Below, one piece after another: positions 28,922-42,961 of a stretch of 64,000 nt of DNA. Made by a program: the position numbers and the translations under genes. The notes beneath the pieces were generated by a model. That model made no database searches. It saw only the letters and a list, made by a program, of their open reading frames with translations, and had not been told where the DNA came from. Source of the stretch: Schmidtea polychroa (taxonomy: Eukaryota). The DNA lies in assembly GCA_044892525.1 (NCBI GenBank), contig CM097885.1, positions 24,740,001 through 24,804,000 of the forward strand, in the 5' to 3' direction. Each line of letters opens with the position of its first letter. The first letter of the stretch is position 1.

Positions 28922-29665
28922 TTACTCGATCTCTTGCAGGTCTTTATCTAAGATTGCAGTGATGTCCAATCTTTGCAATTTTTTACTAATCGTTCTTAGA
29001 TCCCCTAATTCTTCATCTAGACTCTCCTTTTGATCTTCAAATTCATCCAACCATTCACTGACTTCCTTCCTATTTATATCATTGAGAATCTTGTTTCTCA
29101 ATCTCGTTAATTTTCCTTTTTTCATTCTCTTTTTCCACAGTCCTTTTTCTAAAATCTCTTCGTCATTGCCACCGCACAGCCTGAGTGAAAAATGAATTGT
29201 CGAACCTACTTGTATGCTATAGTCGTTCAATATTCGTTTTTTTTCTAATTGCTTTCCAGCATAGACTAACGTTTGATAATTTTCCGGAATTCCTTCTTTG
29301 TTTTGAATTTTTTCTTTTACATTTTCAATCGTGTCATTCAATTCAATGTCAAGAGTAATTGTCTTATCAGTAAGAGTTTTGATAAATATTAGCTTCCTAC
29401 TTCTCAATCGAAACTCTCCTTCTTCCTCTATTCGACAACAAGAAGCCTCAAAACCCATTACCCCGCTCGCCCTCAACCTTGACTTAGCTCGCAAAAACGC
29501 CGAGCTTTTTATTTTATTTTTATTTAAACGGTTCCCCTGGCTACCCACTTTAAAAGAGTGCTGGGGCCCATAGCAGCACTTTTTCACTCTCGATGGAGAA
29601 GGGAGGATTGTTAATTTTACATATATAACTTCAAAATAAAATGAAAATAGTTTAAAGGAAACCAT
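28922..29665 (-). CDS. Ubiquitin-domain fusion protein (Ub ~29168-29392 plus charged C-terminal extension)
   Basis: [35 protein letters not shown]...LVYAGKQLE...[21 protein letters not shown]; the true start is uncertain. Confidence 0.85.
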   Translation of the reverse strand: MVSFKLFSFYFEVIYVKLTILPSPSRVKKCCYGPQHSFKVGSQGNRLNKNKIKSSAFLRAKSRLRASGVMGFEASCCRIEEEGEFRLRSRKLIFIKTLTDKTITLDIELNDTIENVKEKIQNKEGIPENYQTLVYAGKQLEKKRILNDYSIQVGSTIHFSLRLCGGNDEEILEKGLWKKRMKKGKLTRLRNKILNDINRKEVSEWLDEFEDQKESLDEELGDLRTISKKLQRLDITAILDKDLQEIE

Positions 29666-29730
29666 TATTCACCATTGATCAGCCAGGGCTGTCTCCAATG
29701 CTCCATTGGTGCGTAGCCCCCTGAAGGTAA

Positions 29731-30303
29731 CTACACTCTGCTACCATGTTTAATTAACCACTTTTTTAATCACTGAACATGGTATCTATGCTGACAGGGC
29801 AACTCGTACACTTCATCGGCCACCTCATAATCTGACAGACAAATGGAACCTGTATCATTATCTTCGGTGATTTTCTTGACTTGTAATTTCTCAATATCTG
29901 CCTCATTTGCTGGTGGAGAACCACTCTTTTCAAATTGATTCATAATTCTCGTTGCAAAATTGTCGAAACTTTGATCTGAAAATATATAATCTGATCTAAA
30001 ATCTAGAGGTAGCAATCCACCAAATAAATTTGATATTAGTTGGCCAAAAACACTATTTCTGTTATCAGGATCTCTTGGAGTAATAAAAAAGGAACCATCA
30101 GTTTCGTTTGTAGTACTTCCACCAGGAATATGACGAATAATATGAAAAAAATTCAAAGCATCATCATCACTTTCCATTGAGTTATCAGATTCAATTCTTT
30201 CAATAAATCCATCATTGCACGTCACACATTTACCATCCTGAGATATGTCAACGTCTCTGTTGCATTTATGATAATAGTAATTATCTGTATTAATCGTAGC
30301 CAT
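29731..30303 (-). pseudogene. Intronless RNF115/RNF126-like RING-H2 E3 ligase copy
   Basis: N-terminal YYYHKC...CVTCNDGFIERI zinc ribbon, SPPA motif, ICLSDYEVADEVYELPCQHRYHVQ*LKKWLIKHGS; TGA at an expected Cys, and the first RING Cys and final CxxC are lost. Confidence 0.85.
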
Positions 30304-30523
30304 TAAATAAATTTACAAAAATTTATTTTCAAAACTTCCAGAAACTCCCAATCTTTTAAACAAACTTGACAAATTCAAACTTCATAACAAATCCAAAATT
30401 CCAATCGAAATCCGAATAAATCTTTAAAATTACACTGATCGCGTCTGTGTGCGCATACAAAAAACCAATGTCAAACGCAAAAAAAACGCACACAGACGCG
30501 ACACATAAACTGATAATTCACCA

Positions 30524-30583
<60 letters not shown>

Positions 30584-31399
30584 TGTAAATTAAGTTAGAT
30601 TATTTTCAAATGTTGGTTGCCCCCATTTCACCCCGATTTTTCTGCAAGACATTTATCATTTGTATCCCGTAATTCCAAATGTAGATTTAAATCAACCAAA
30701 TTCCAATGAGGTAATTCCTACAATGAAATATAAACCGGTGCTCATCAAAAACTAAATAAAAAATATTAGTTGGCATAATAGAACATCAACAATTCCTAGC
30801 AAAAGTTCAAATAAGGACAGCTGAAAATCTCAATTAATGAACGTTATTAACGAAGAGAGAACAGATTTCATATGGGCAAATGCATAAATTTTTATTTCGT
30901 TCTCCATAAATAGTGAGACCTGTATGCGTATGGAGTTTTATTTGGTTTCCTTCTCAAGCAATGTGTAACAAATATTCTGCCGATTGTATTAATAACTGTA
31001 CATATTTTAGGCATTTTACAAATAACACTTCACTAAAACAATAAATGATAATTCAATGAGAAGGATATTAAAATGAAAAGGATATATTTTCAAATTTGCC
31101 CAAATGAATGAAAAATATACAGTAAAATTTCCCGAGAAAGATAATCCGCTTTTCGCAACTTTTTTGTCACTATACTAAAAATATAATAAAATTCTCATAC
31201 GAAAATTTCATTATATAAAATCCATTTTTGTTTATATCTAATCAAATAAGATCATTTTTTGAAAATTATTTTTATGTGTATTAATTGTAAAAAGGCATTA
31301 AAGCATTAAAAAAGGATTCTAAATTAGCCAATATGTATGGACAATTTTTTCATAGACATATCTGATCAATAATTTAATTATTCTAGACCAGTTTTTCAG

Positions 31400-31833
31400 T
31401 TTTTCAGTTTTTCATTTCGGGGATTTTTCCCGAGGCCCTGCACTTTCATATAGAGCATTGAGAATTATACAAACAACTCCTGTTTCAGTAGCTTCAGCCG
31501 AACGCAGTTTTTCCAAATTAAAGTTAATTAAAAATTATCTAAGATCAACCATGCAACAAGATAGATTAGAGGGGGTGGCTTTGATCTCAATAGAGCAGGT
31601 AACAAACAGATAAATTTTGATGATATTATCGAGGAATTAGCAGTAAAAGGTTTTTACGAAATAAGAATAAAAAAATATTATGTTTATGTATGTATATTAT
31701 TGAATATATTGAAGAAATAAATATTTCATTAAATAAATTGATAAAATTATGTTCATGTTTCATTACTTCCTTTTTGGGAAGGAGCCCACATATAAAATTT
31801 CCCCGAGGCCACGTGAAACCCATTGCCAGCCCT
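31400..31833 (+). mobile_element. hAT 3' fragment
   Basis: LRIIQTTPVSVASAERSFSKLKLIKNYLRSTMQQDRL (dimerisation domain); ends GCCAGCCCTG. Confidence 0.75.
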
Positions 31834-32062
31834 GGTTACTCTACAGATTTATTCGTTTCTCTCAAATTTTAACAATTATCATTATATAAATAAAACAAAT
31901 AATTTATTTGCTTTAATTTTATAAATAAATTTTGAATTCCTATGTTCACTCCATAGCTAAAGAATTATTTTCATATGATATTATAAGAACTTTTTTCGAT
32001 TTTCACCATTAATTTCTTTTCAATTGACATTGTATTTATTAAAAAAATGGACTATGAATCAC

Positions 32063-34610
32063 TGATTTTCTAGCTCCCGATTTCCCGGGAAATCCACCAA
32101 AATATCTATTCCCGATTTCCCGAGAAAAAAATTAAATTCCCGGGATTATTTTAAACATTTATCAACAAATAATTGAAAATAAATATTTCAAAACTACTTC
32201 TTGTTTTATTTAAAAATATTTGAAACCAAAGTAACAATTGACTTTTTTGTTTTCGAGATTATGCAGGTGCACTATAACTATATAATATTTTTTTAAAATC
32301 AAAGTGTGTGTGTCTACTGTTTAACAAGCATAAATTTAAAGTTTAAATAATTTTCTTTGTTTATTTGTGAATTAAAGTAAGTTTTATTAAATTTCAATAA
32401 CAATTTTTTTACTGATATACAATTTTAAATAATAAAGGGTTATTAAGGAGAAAGAATGTCAACAGAAAGGACTTGGATATTTTATTTTACCATTGATTCT
32501 ACTAATAAGGACAAAGCAAAATGCAATAAATGTAATCAAATGATTGTGAGAAAAGGAGGTTCAACAAGTGGAATGATCCGTCATTTGAATATCCAACATG
32601 GAATAGATTTGGTTACTAAGAATGATAAATTCGACGCGCCAAGTACATCATCGCCTGGCACATCTGATAAATCTATTTCAGGAAATCAAAATTCCATTTT
32701 AAAATATATAAAGAAAAAAACATTAGAAGAAATCCTTGCAAAACTAGCAGCTCTAGATGGAATTTCCATCAATGTTATTTCGAAAAGTACATTTATTCGT
32801 GAATCTATTTCTGCGAAAGGATATTTTCTTCCTAAAAATCCTTCACACATAATGAATCTTATATTTAACTATTATGCCGAAATCAAATCCGAACTTTAAT
32901 GTAAATTTTCAACTATTTTAAAAGCAAATCAAAAATTTTGCTTAACTTTAGATGAATGGACAAGCAGCCGTAATCGTAGATACATGAATATCAATGATGG
33001 AATATTCGAAAATTTGGGATTAATAAGAATTGAAGGAAGTTTTGGAGCTGAAAAAACGTTAGATATAGTTAATGAGAGGTTAAAGGAATTTCATTTAAAT
33101 TTATCTACAGATATTATTGCAATCATAACTGATGGAGCAGCCGTTATGGTTAAATTTGGGAAGTTAGCTCCTGCTTTCCATTTACAATGCTACACACATG
33201 GAATTGATCTGGCTGTTTTGGATACTCTTTTTGGTTCTGCTAAGACAAAATTATTATTGGTAAAAAATCAGAAGCAACAAGTAGACCAATTATTAGATGA
33301 TGATAGCGACATTGAAGGTATAGAAAGTGATGATGATAGTCTTGATAAAGAGGAAAATTCAGAATTTGAGGGATGTCATATGAACATGATACAAATATAT
33401 GTGACCTTAAATTCAATGAACTAAAACCAAAAATCCAGGATGTAATAAAACAGATCCGCAAGATATCATCATTTTTTGAAAAATCGCCAGTGCGCAACAC
33501 AATTCTTCAGCAAAATGTTAAATTAGAATATGGTAAAGAATTAAGCTTATTATTAGACTGCACGACAAGGTGGAATAGCTTGTTAGATATGTTGGAAAGA
33601 TTTGAGCAAATTAGAATTCCGATTAAAAGAAATCTATGTGAAATTAATGCTACATATCTACTTGATAACGAAGATCAGCTCTTCCATATAGTAAAAGCAT
33701 TAATTGCTTGTTTACTTCCAGTAAAATTAGCCTCCGAAGCATTATGTCGACGTGATATGGATTTAATAAAAAGTGAGGGGATTCTGTCGTTTGTAATAGA
33801 GACGTTAAATGCGTTAGATAATTCAATATCTCGAGAATTACTACAAAATTTTAAATTGCGGATGATAACTTGAAGACCAAAAATTTTAATTTCACCCAAA
33901 TAATCCAGATTTATTGTATTCTAAACAAGATGATAATTTTTTTGAAATGTCGTCGAAATCTGAAATGATTAAATTATCTAAAGAATTGTTACACCGCCTA
34001 TTTCCAGTTTATATCATTGAGGACACCGTTGAGCTTGAAAATGAAAATAGTGTATTAATTTCCGATACGGAAATTAATATAGAATCAGAGATGCCAGCAA
34101 ATGTTTTGAAACGAAAGCTTGAAAGTGCTATAAATATATGAGCACCAAAAAACAAAATACCGGAGATAAAGAATATAAGACTTTATTAACCGAATTTAAT
34201 TTATTTAAAGCCAGTGGAAAATTAACAAAAAATTTGAAGATGCTCTTAGATGCTCTTCTTTGCATTAAACCAACCTCAGTGGAAAGTGAAAGAGTATTTT
34301 CGACTGCTGGCCTTTTTGTCAATAAACTTAGGACAAGACTCAACGATAAATCAGTTAATGCACTAGTTTGTCTTAGAACTCATTTTAAGAACTGTGCTGA
34401 TAAATAACTTTTTGTTGTAATTAAGTTTTTTTATAGTAATTAAGTTTTCAGTTGTAATGAAAAAAAATGAATATATTAAATGTTTTTTTTAAATTCAATT
34501 TTTTTTAATTAGTAGATAGTATAACCCGGGTTTCCCGGTTTTCCCAGGAACATCTTCCAAATATTCTCGTTTCCCGGGATTCATTATTTGGCGGGAAATG
34601 AGAAAACCTA
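32063..34610 (+). mobile_element. hAT transposon with BED-finger transposase pseudogene (32456-34407)
   Basis: W.YF...KAKCNKC...GSTSGMIRHL..QH (BED), LDEWTS, TDGAAVM, CYTH, TRWNS, PTSVESERVFS; subterminal TTCCCGGG repeats; right end ...GAAAACCTA; degenerate 8-bp TSD TGAATCAC/TGAACCAG. Confidence 0.9.
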
Positions 34611-35008
34611 TGAACCAGTAAATATATCGATGTTTTTTTTGATATTCACGAATTTTCGGCACTGCCTTTTTCAAGTGATTTTGAAATCATCTAGTCCAGA
34701 CTAAAAATGTTAGAGGCATGCTCCAGTTATGATATTTAAGACCTAAACATAATTTGGAAATCTTTTCACGAGAAAGATTTCTGGATGATTTATTTCTCCT
34801 TATCTAGATGCACTGTAACTTTGTATAGAACATGTTTTTGTTTATATTCCACCTTTAAATTGAAGTTCTTTCTAAAAGTTTAAAGCCTTACAAACCCATT
34901 TTTTTAAATATATGAAGCAAAAGTGTTTATGAAATTGCATAAATGTGCAAACCGCTTCATTTAACTCCTTCCATTGAATCGTAAACTTATTGTTATTTTC
35001 ACCTTAAG

Positions 35009-35194
35009 ACAATGCTATCAAATGTCCATCAATTGGAAACTGAATTACGACGAGAAAAAGAGCTGCGAAATAAACACAGTCAAACTGCTCAAGAGATTGA
35101 CTTACTTTATAGGCGCTGCGACGAATTGGAAAAGGAAAACCGAATTCTCACAAAACAAACAGATGAATATGAGAAACGAATGATATCTCACAAA
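35009..35194 (+). CDS. ERC: ERC/ELKS/CAST (Bruchpilot-like) exon
   Basis: AG|ACA...AAA|GT, phase 0, 62 codons; ENRILTKQTDEYEKRMISHK resembles ERC ENDLLRKTLEEMELRIETQK. Confidence 0.8.
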
Positions 35195-36119
35195 GTATGC
35201 TTGACATTTTTTATTAGTTATTATATAATATATGATTAAAAGATTTACATTTACTTTTCATTTACCATCAAAAATATATTTGATATAATTGTAAATCAAG
35301 CTGCTTAATAAAGAATCGTCCATGCTAATATTCTGTAACCAAATAGAACTCATTCTAAGTGAATTGGTGGTGACAATTTTACATGATCCGTTAAGTTTTC
35401 TGCAGATTCTCTTTGTTGACTAAACCTACTTGACCCAATGACCAAACTCACATGTTCCTTCTACTTGAAGTTTAAAGTTATTAATATCATAACTGAAGTT
35501 TCCCATAAGTCATAAATTGAAGCCTCATATAATTCATTTTTACTTTAACAATTTTCGCAGCTGGCACAAGTTCTACTCGTAGTTCTTTTACGGATCTGTT
35601 GATAAACGATATTCTGAATAAATTGTCCTAATTCTGCAATTGATCGGTCTGAGCAGGAAGTAGAATTGAAAGTCGACTGTCGTACATTGGGAATTGAATT
35701 GTTTGAAAAAATCAAGAAAAATCAAATTTCCAGCTTCTAACATTCCCTTCTTTTCATAACATATTTTACTAGAATTTTCCTTTTTTCATTTATTTAAACA
35801 GACTTTAATTTTACTTTGTAAATAATTAAATAATATTTTAATTACAAATATATTTATATAAATTTTAATTATAGCTAATTTAATATAATGCTTGTAAGTC
35901 TTAGTATAGTTATTGATAAAATATTTTACTTTATTGAAAATATAGTTATACTTGAATTATATGACCTGTTCAATAACCAATATAATAACCATAACAAAGC
36001 AAGCGACATGAAAATATTTTCGAGGATAAGATAGCTCTTTTTCATCTTATAGTCGGAAATTTTTTCATTTGTATTAAATATATTATTCGTAGCAAAAGGC
36101 TTAAATCATCAATTCATTC

Positions 36120-36243
<124 letters not shown>

Positions 36244-38399
36244 AAATGATGGTAACAACATAAATTAAATGTTAAGCAAAGAAATAATTAGATGAACCTT
36301 TGATGCAAAATATATATAATGTTAGAAAATTTTCGATTAAAAGATAATCTACAAGTGATAACTTTGGTTTTTGTCTTCATAAATATTTTTAATATTTTTG
36401 GCGATTATAATACAAAAAGTATTTATGATATCATATATAAAAGATTTTAAAAAAGAAATCATAATTTTACATAATTTGGTTTTTTAAAACAAAATATAAA
36501 GGATCATTTTTATTTTTTATTCATATATTTTATTATTAGTCAAACCGCAATTGGACCCAGTTGATTTGTAGTTAATAAAAATGAAGAAAAATATCTTTTT
36601 ATTTATATATTTTTTCATAAATCTAGAATAAATGAACAAAATCATTGTCAATTTTTATATTCACAACAAATCTAGAGAAATATCTAATAAATCGTCGAAA
36701 TTAAATCATAAATCGCAACTATCAATGATGGATTACCATTAATTTATAATTAATTTGAAGAAAAATGTTTAGCTCAGTTAAACAAAACAGCTGATTAAGA
36801 TTTATTTTCCAAAACTGAAAATTTGAATAATACATTTTTTGAGATTGTTCTTTTTCTTTTTTTTGAGAATTCTGTTGCCGTTCCAAATTACTAGCTCTCC
36901 AAATTGGATGCAAATATCTCCTTATTAAATTCATGCTGTCGTTTGCCCTTTTTCTGGTTCGAAAATTCATCAAAAAATCTAAATTTTATCAGGTTGAATA
37001 TTTTGTAAGTTATCCCTTTGTGAATTGTTTGAGAGGAAAAGACAAAATTGATTTATTATTCTAATTTAATTATTAATAATAAAACCAATCCAAATATTTT
37101 GAAAGTAAAAATGATTTAGTCTATGGTCACTAAATTGACCCGGAAAAATGTTAAATTCTTACAAGGAAGTGATGCTAAGCACGAGAATAATTCTCACTTA
37201 CAATATTGAGCTCTTCATTTATTTTTTGCTTTTTTTTGATAGAATATTTTATAATTTTTATAAATAGTTAGAACCTAATTAAAAGTTACTTAATTATTAA
37301 AAAAAAATTAAAATTTTTGGAGAAAAAGTGGTAACTAGTGGTAAATCTAAAGTTAAACGAGTAAAATTAATTTAAAATTAGGAAGGATTGTAACGAAATA
37401 ACAAATTAATTTATTAATTAATCTCATTTATTATTCAATGAAAATACGTTGAGACGTTGATTAGTTTTGTAAGTCATTTAAAGGGATCGCGCCAATAATT
37501 GCTTGTTGGCTCCGAAGAGCGGAGGGCAATTAATCATAGTGATTGATTACAACCAATTTATATAAATCGAAACGATAAGTGAGAAAACGCATTAACCTCA
37601 AGAACTGAGCTAAAGCCAATAACCTACCACAAGATTAGAGATTATTTTCAGGGATAAAATCCTCTGAATGTCTAAACCAAATATAATAGAAAATCCTTGT
37701 AAACTGTATTTTTGTGATCAATAAATAAATTCTATTTTGCCATAGAATATGCAAATCACAAAAAGTCCTGAAATCAAAGGAAATTACTGAGAATTCTTTA
37801 GCTTATAAACTGACAACAACAACATAAGCAAAATTTTGAAAGCCAAATTTTCTCTCATTTTGACATAACTGTGAAGCAGGTGCCGAAAATATTCAGAGAT
37901 TTACAAAAATGTAGACACTAGAGAAAAAGATTAATTTTAATTGTGATAAAATAACAAAAAAAATTCGAATTGGAAATGTAAAAAGAGAAAACATATTACT
38001 ATTAAATATGAATTTCTCCTTAATTTCAGCCAATAGAAAATAAGATAAATAATTTCATGGCGGTTCAAAAGATTAAAATCCAAAAATGAAATATATCAAG
38101 AATATTATAAGAACTTTTTTCAATTTTCACTGCTAATTTCTTTCAATTGACATTGCATTTATTAAAATGCTTGACTATGAATGAGTAAATGTATCGATGA
38201 TTTTTTTATATATTTATTGATTCATAGTCAAGCTTTTTATTAAATACAATATCAAGGATATGTTTAATTTAATTTTTGTTAATATACAAAATTTATGCAT
38301 TCATCAAAATATAAATAAATCTAGTAACTTATATGTAATTATAATTGTTACTGTTAAGGTTGTGCTAAGTAATTAAAAACTAATTAATAAGATTTCAGT

Positions 38400-39218
38400 C
38401 CGGTGTGAGACAATATAATTTGCTGTTTCATACGGACGTGCTTTCAAATGGGAAAGTGATTCAACTTGTGTGCCACCTAAAGATTGAAATCATCTCATTC
38501 CAAAAAACTGAAGATTTTAGGATTCGATTTTCACAGCGAGTTGTGGTGACTTAAAGTAGCATTTCTCTCTGATTTAGTCAAAATGCTTAACATACCCAAT
38601 AAAAACTTCCAAGGACCTAACGAGAATATTGTGGCAGAACTAGAAGACTTAATGTATTCAAGGAAAAACTTGCTTTTTGGAAAAACAAATTGTTGATCAA
38701 TGACTTTGAACCGTTTCAATGACTGACAAACTTGACAAGAAAGATTTAATTATTGAAGATATCAAATTGACTTTGAACAATCTTCAAAAATCTATGACGA
38801 GGTATTTTCCATCTCTAGGCGTTGAACAATATGATTGAGTATTGAACCCGTTTCGAAATTGTGAGGCCAAACGATTATTGACACTAGAAGAAGAAAAGTT
38901 GGTTGATCTAAAAGAGGACTCGGTATACAAAACTAATTTTTTGCAAGTTAAGGTTTCTGAATTCTGGATCTCATTGGGAAATCAGTATCAAGAATTGAGC
39001 TTTAAATCTGTGAAAATGTTGCTACCGTTTGCAAAATCATATTTATGTGAAGCAGGACCGAAATTAAAACTAAGAAGCGCGAACGATTACTGAAATTTGC
39101 TTGTCGTCAATTGAGCCTCGAATTAAAAAATTATTTTGAGCTTTTTAATTGTAGGTGTTCCGCCAAAGAAAATATGACATTTTAGGGTTCCGCCAACAGA
39201 AATAGTTTGGAAACACTG
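38400..39218 (+). mobile_element. Charlie/Buster hAT 3' fragment
   Basis: FWISLGNQYQELSFKSVKMLLPFAKSYLCEAG; ends in TIR TTTGGAAACACTG. Confidence 0.8.
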
Positions 39219-39466
39219 TCTTGAATCGACAGAATGACCTTAAAATGATTTACTTTATGGTGTCTACGGTAACGAATGACCTAATTGTTCTACAATTTAC
39301 CGAGGGGTTACATTTGGCATTAACACATATATTCAATAAGAATATTTATTATTAAAATATTCGAGCCATGTTTCACTCCAAAATTTAAAATTAGTGAAAA
39401 GTTATAAAAGGTTTTGAAATATTGAAATTATTTTTTAAAATATTTCAAAAATTCGAAGACAATTAA

Positions 39467-39695
39467 CCCTTTCGCCCCTATTGGGACAATACGTCCCAGA
39501 AACTTTCATCATGATCCTACTGGGATATTTTCAAAGCAATTTGCGGTGTTAAAGTTTATTATTATCCCAGGACTTTCTAGGATATTCAGAAGCTCCACGA
39601 TTACAAAAATGAGAATATTTCATATTTAGGTCAATATTAACAAGTTCCAATATATAAATTTAGCATAGTGTCATAAGCGGAAAGTCGGTAAAGGG
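39467..39695. mobile_element. piggyBac-type MITE
   Basis: TTAA-CCCTTT...AAAGGG-TTAA. Confidence 0.7.
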
Positions 39696-39932
39696 TTAAA
39701 AAACAAAAGGAAAAAGGCATTCAAATTAGATTTGTAAAAGATTATTTAATAGTTGATAATTCTCAATTAATAAAATTTGCATCAAAGGTTCACAATTCTT
39801 ATTCATTTAATTCTTATTATTATTATTGTTTAATCATTTATTTATGATAGAAATTGATAAAGGCAGTGCCGAAAATTTGTTTGCCATAATGAAAATAAAA
39901 TAAATATTCTTATAATTTACTTATTATCATGA

Positions 39933-40063
<131 letters not shown>

Positions 40064-40068
40064 AATTA

Positions 40069-40105
<37 letters not shown>

Positions 40106-40147
40106 TTTTTTTATTATTATTATTATTAATATTATTATTATTATTAA

Positions 40148-40214
<67 letters not shown>

Positions 40215-40541
40215 TTATTATTATTATTTTCCTAGTAATACAATCTATACATTTGTAGGATTAGACAGAATTATATAATATGACAGTATTTCATATCAAA
40301 TTATCCTCTTCTATGAAATTGATCCTTGATCAGATTTATTAAATGAAATTCAGATTTTATAAGAAATCAAATTTTTATTATTTTAGACGAGCTTATAAAA
40401 AATATATTTCAATTAGCCGATCTAGATATGAATGTTCAAAAGTGAATGATATTTAATAAAATGGTGCCAAAAATCTTATTAGAATATTGGCATGATAAAC
40501 ATTTTATATAAAACTATAACGTGTCAGACCTCCATATAGAT

Positions 40542-40961
40542 CAGAGCTCCGCAACCTTTTCTCACCCGCGGCACACCTAAAGACTTAAAAAATTTCGCGG
40601 CACACCACAAACAAAAATTTTTAAAAATTTACGTGATAAGAAATGCACAAACAGAAAATGTATTTTAAATTTATTGTTCTTAAAAATAAATTTCTCTAAA
40701 ATTTCTTGTATTTATTGTTCAGGCTGTAAAACTTGGTAGCACAATATAAGACAATAAATTTAAATGTGAACAACCTGAAATGTAATTTTTTTAAACCATG
40801 TTTATTGACCGAATATTTTGTCAACAACGCAATTATTTGTAAACAAGATCGATATAAGCATAACGCACGTGTCCGTCATAAACCCTATATTTTTTCTCGG
40901 GTAGGCATTGCGCCGCGACACACCTAGCATCACCTCAAGGCACACCGGTTGCGGAGCTCTG
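40542..40961. mobile_element. hAT MITE
   Basis: TIR CAGAGCTCCGCAACC/GGTTGCGGAGCTCTG; 8-bp TSD ATATAGAT; subterminal GCGGCACAC motifs as in the MITE at 1026. Confidence 0.92.
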
Positions 40962-41012
40962 ATATAGATAATATTAAGACCCATTGATATATTACTTTAA
41001 TGTTTCTACTTA

Positions 41013-42170
41013 CAGTGACGGACAAAAGCTTAGCAGCACCTATTCCAATATAGAAATTTATTAAATAACAGTTAACAAATAATTTAAAAGTTATTAAACA
41101 TATTAAAGCAGTTATTAGTACTTAGTATATATCCTCTAGGCTTGATGACAGCAACAATCCTTGCTGACATAGAATCCACTTGGCTGCAGCAATAAGCAGG
41201 AGTGATTTCTGTCTACCAAAGCTCTTGCATCTTCTGTTTTAAATCAGGCACATATGATGGCTTCTTAGTTGAAACTTTTTTCTTCAATTGTGCCAAGCAT
41301 GTTTCAATTGGGTTTACATCTGGTGACGATACAGGCCAGCCATCCACTACAGGAATATTGTGTTCCATGAGCCGTCATGAAGAAGATGGGTGCAATTATG
41401 ATTTGCCATGTATGTCAGGAAATGATGTGACAGTATATCAACATACATAGTGGAGTTAATTGTTGTGCCTGCAGGCATGAACAAAATTCAACCAGTTCCA
41501 GTACTGCTAATGGGTGACATAATCATCACGAACGATGAATGTTTAATAATATTGATAGTAAATCGGGAATGGTAACGTTGATAAGGAGGTCGATGAACAT
41601 ATGGAATTGCAATTGAACTGCTGTACACTGGCCTTATCAGCTAACACGACTTTATGCCATTCAACAGACGTTCAGCTTTTGTAGCAATAACAGAAAACCA
41701 GTCGATCTACAATGTTGTATTTAGAGCAGTGGTTCTTAACCTGAGGTCCATGGACCCCCAGGGGGTCCGCGAACGGGTTCCAAGTGGTCCGCGACACTAT
41801 TTACAAAAAACTATTATTTTTGTTTGAAGCTGAATAAACAGATTTATAAATAATTATTAAAAAATGTATGTGTTTTACTATCAATTTATTAATTTTTTAA
41901 CATTTTAGGGGTCCGTCGGTACCAATTATATATTTATGGGGTCCATAAGTTTGAAAAGGTTAAGAACCCCTGATTTAGAGAGACGTTGTTTTTCTGCTGG
42001 ACGATAGGCAGCTAGCTTGAATTTGTGAGTAAGTCGTCTTTGAATAGTACGAATGCTAGGTAGCAATTACCAGGTAATTAACCAAGAATATGAAGAGCTG
42101 ACATCAATGAATTCTTGAATAATAGCATGTACTTTCCGCACTACCGTTGACACATTTTCATGTTAATTTT
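41013..42170 (-). mobile_element. Decayed Tc1 element, interrupted by a hAT MITE
   Basis: TA-CAGTG end at 41013; - strand WPVSSPDVNPIE and EWHKVVLAD motifs. Confidence 0.75.
41727..41972. mobile_element. hAT (Charlie-type) MITE
   Basis: TIR CAGTGGTTCTTAACCT/AGGTTAAGAACCCCTG; 8-bp TSD ATTTAGAG. Confidence 0.92.
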
Positions 42171-42246
42171 TAGTCAAAGTTGTAAAACTTACAAAAATAT
42201 TATTTTTACTTTTAAATAAAACACTTTTAATAAATTTACATTTTAG

Positions 42247-42480
42247 GAAAGCCTTGTTACAGCTGAAGAAAATATCCGAAAGCTATTAGAAGTTGTTAAA
42301 GTTGCCAAATCAGCCTCATCTGGACATAGCTCCTTACAAGGTTTACGGTTGGAGAGATTTGAGGAAGACCAGACAGAAATAGAAAGGCTGAGATCCCAAA
42401 TTCACGAATACTCACAACGCACCATTGACTTAGAAAGAGCAATTGTTGAAAAAGATTTTGATATTTCCAGAAATAAAGAA
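42247..42480 (+). CDS. ERC: ERC/ELKS exon
   Basis: TTTTAG|GAA...GAA|GTAAGT; ESLVTAEENIRKLLEVVK resembles ERC QTLNARDESIKKLLEMLQ. Confidence 0.85.
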
Positions 42481-42899
42481 GTAAGTGTTTTACAAAATCG
42501 TTTAAAAATAAAACCTTTGAATTTTTGGCGCAGAAATTACCAGAATTCATTCTTATTACCTTTGTTTTATTGTTTTCCTTTTCAATTTTTTTATTATCAT
42601 TTCAGTCAAAACCCCTAAAATAACATTTTATGTAAGTGACTTCTTATGCAAAACGACTTGTACATTTATAAAAGTTTTTGACAACATATGCTGCACCAAG
42701 TACTTTTTTGAACCTTACATTATTTTTTGAAATATCATTAAAAAAGAAAACAGATCAAAGGTGACCCAAGCCAATCGTTATACGTTTTTCTGGATTCTCA
42801 AAGATTTATTTGGACTATTTAATAATTTTGTAATGTATAAAAAAACTCTGCTAATTTTTTTTATGGATCATGTTAGTGGTTGCAATAAACAAATAAATA

Positions 42900-42961
<62 letters not shown>

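Larger units (their letters stand above)
25650..30523 (+). mobile_element. Non-autonomous BEL/Pao LTR element (5' truncated), flanked by (ATT)n
   Basis: Gag (IPVFEGKMKEYEPWKAAF), three Cys/His knuckles, protease ALLDDASSVSYI, ERFWEIEE and FEVKVPWK; pol C-terminal remnant VIEAVPGEERKLCVTIIRCKGKKILRCIFKL (~27985-28080); PPT AAGGGGGAGGA then TG at 28147. Confidence 0.88.
28147..30523 (+). repeat. 2377-bp 3' LTR-like unit with ~100-bp terminal inverted repeats and cargo genes
   Basis: TGGTGAATTATCAGTTTATGT(C/G)TCGCGTCTGTGTGCGTTT at both ends (39/40 match); inverted similarity spans ~28147-28246 and ~30427-30523; directly follows the PPT. Confidence 0.8.
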
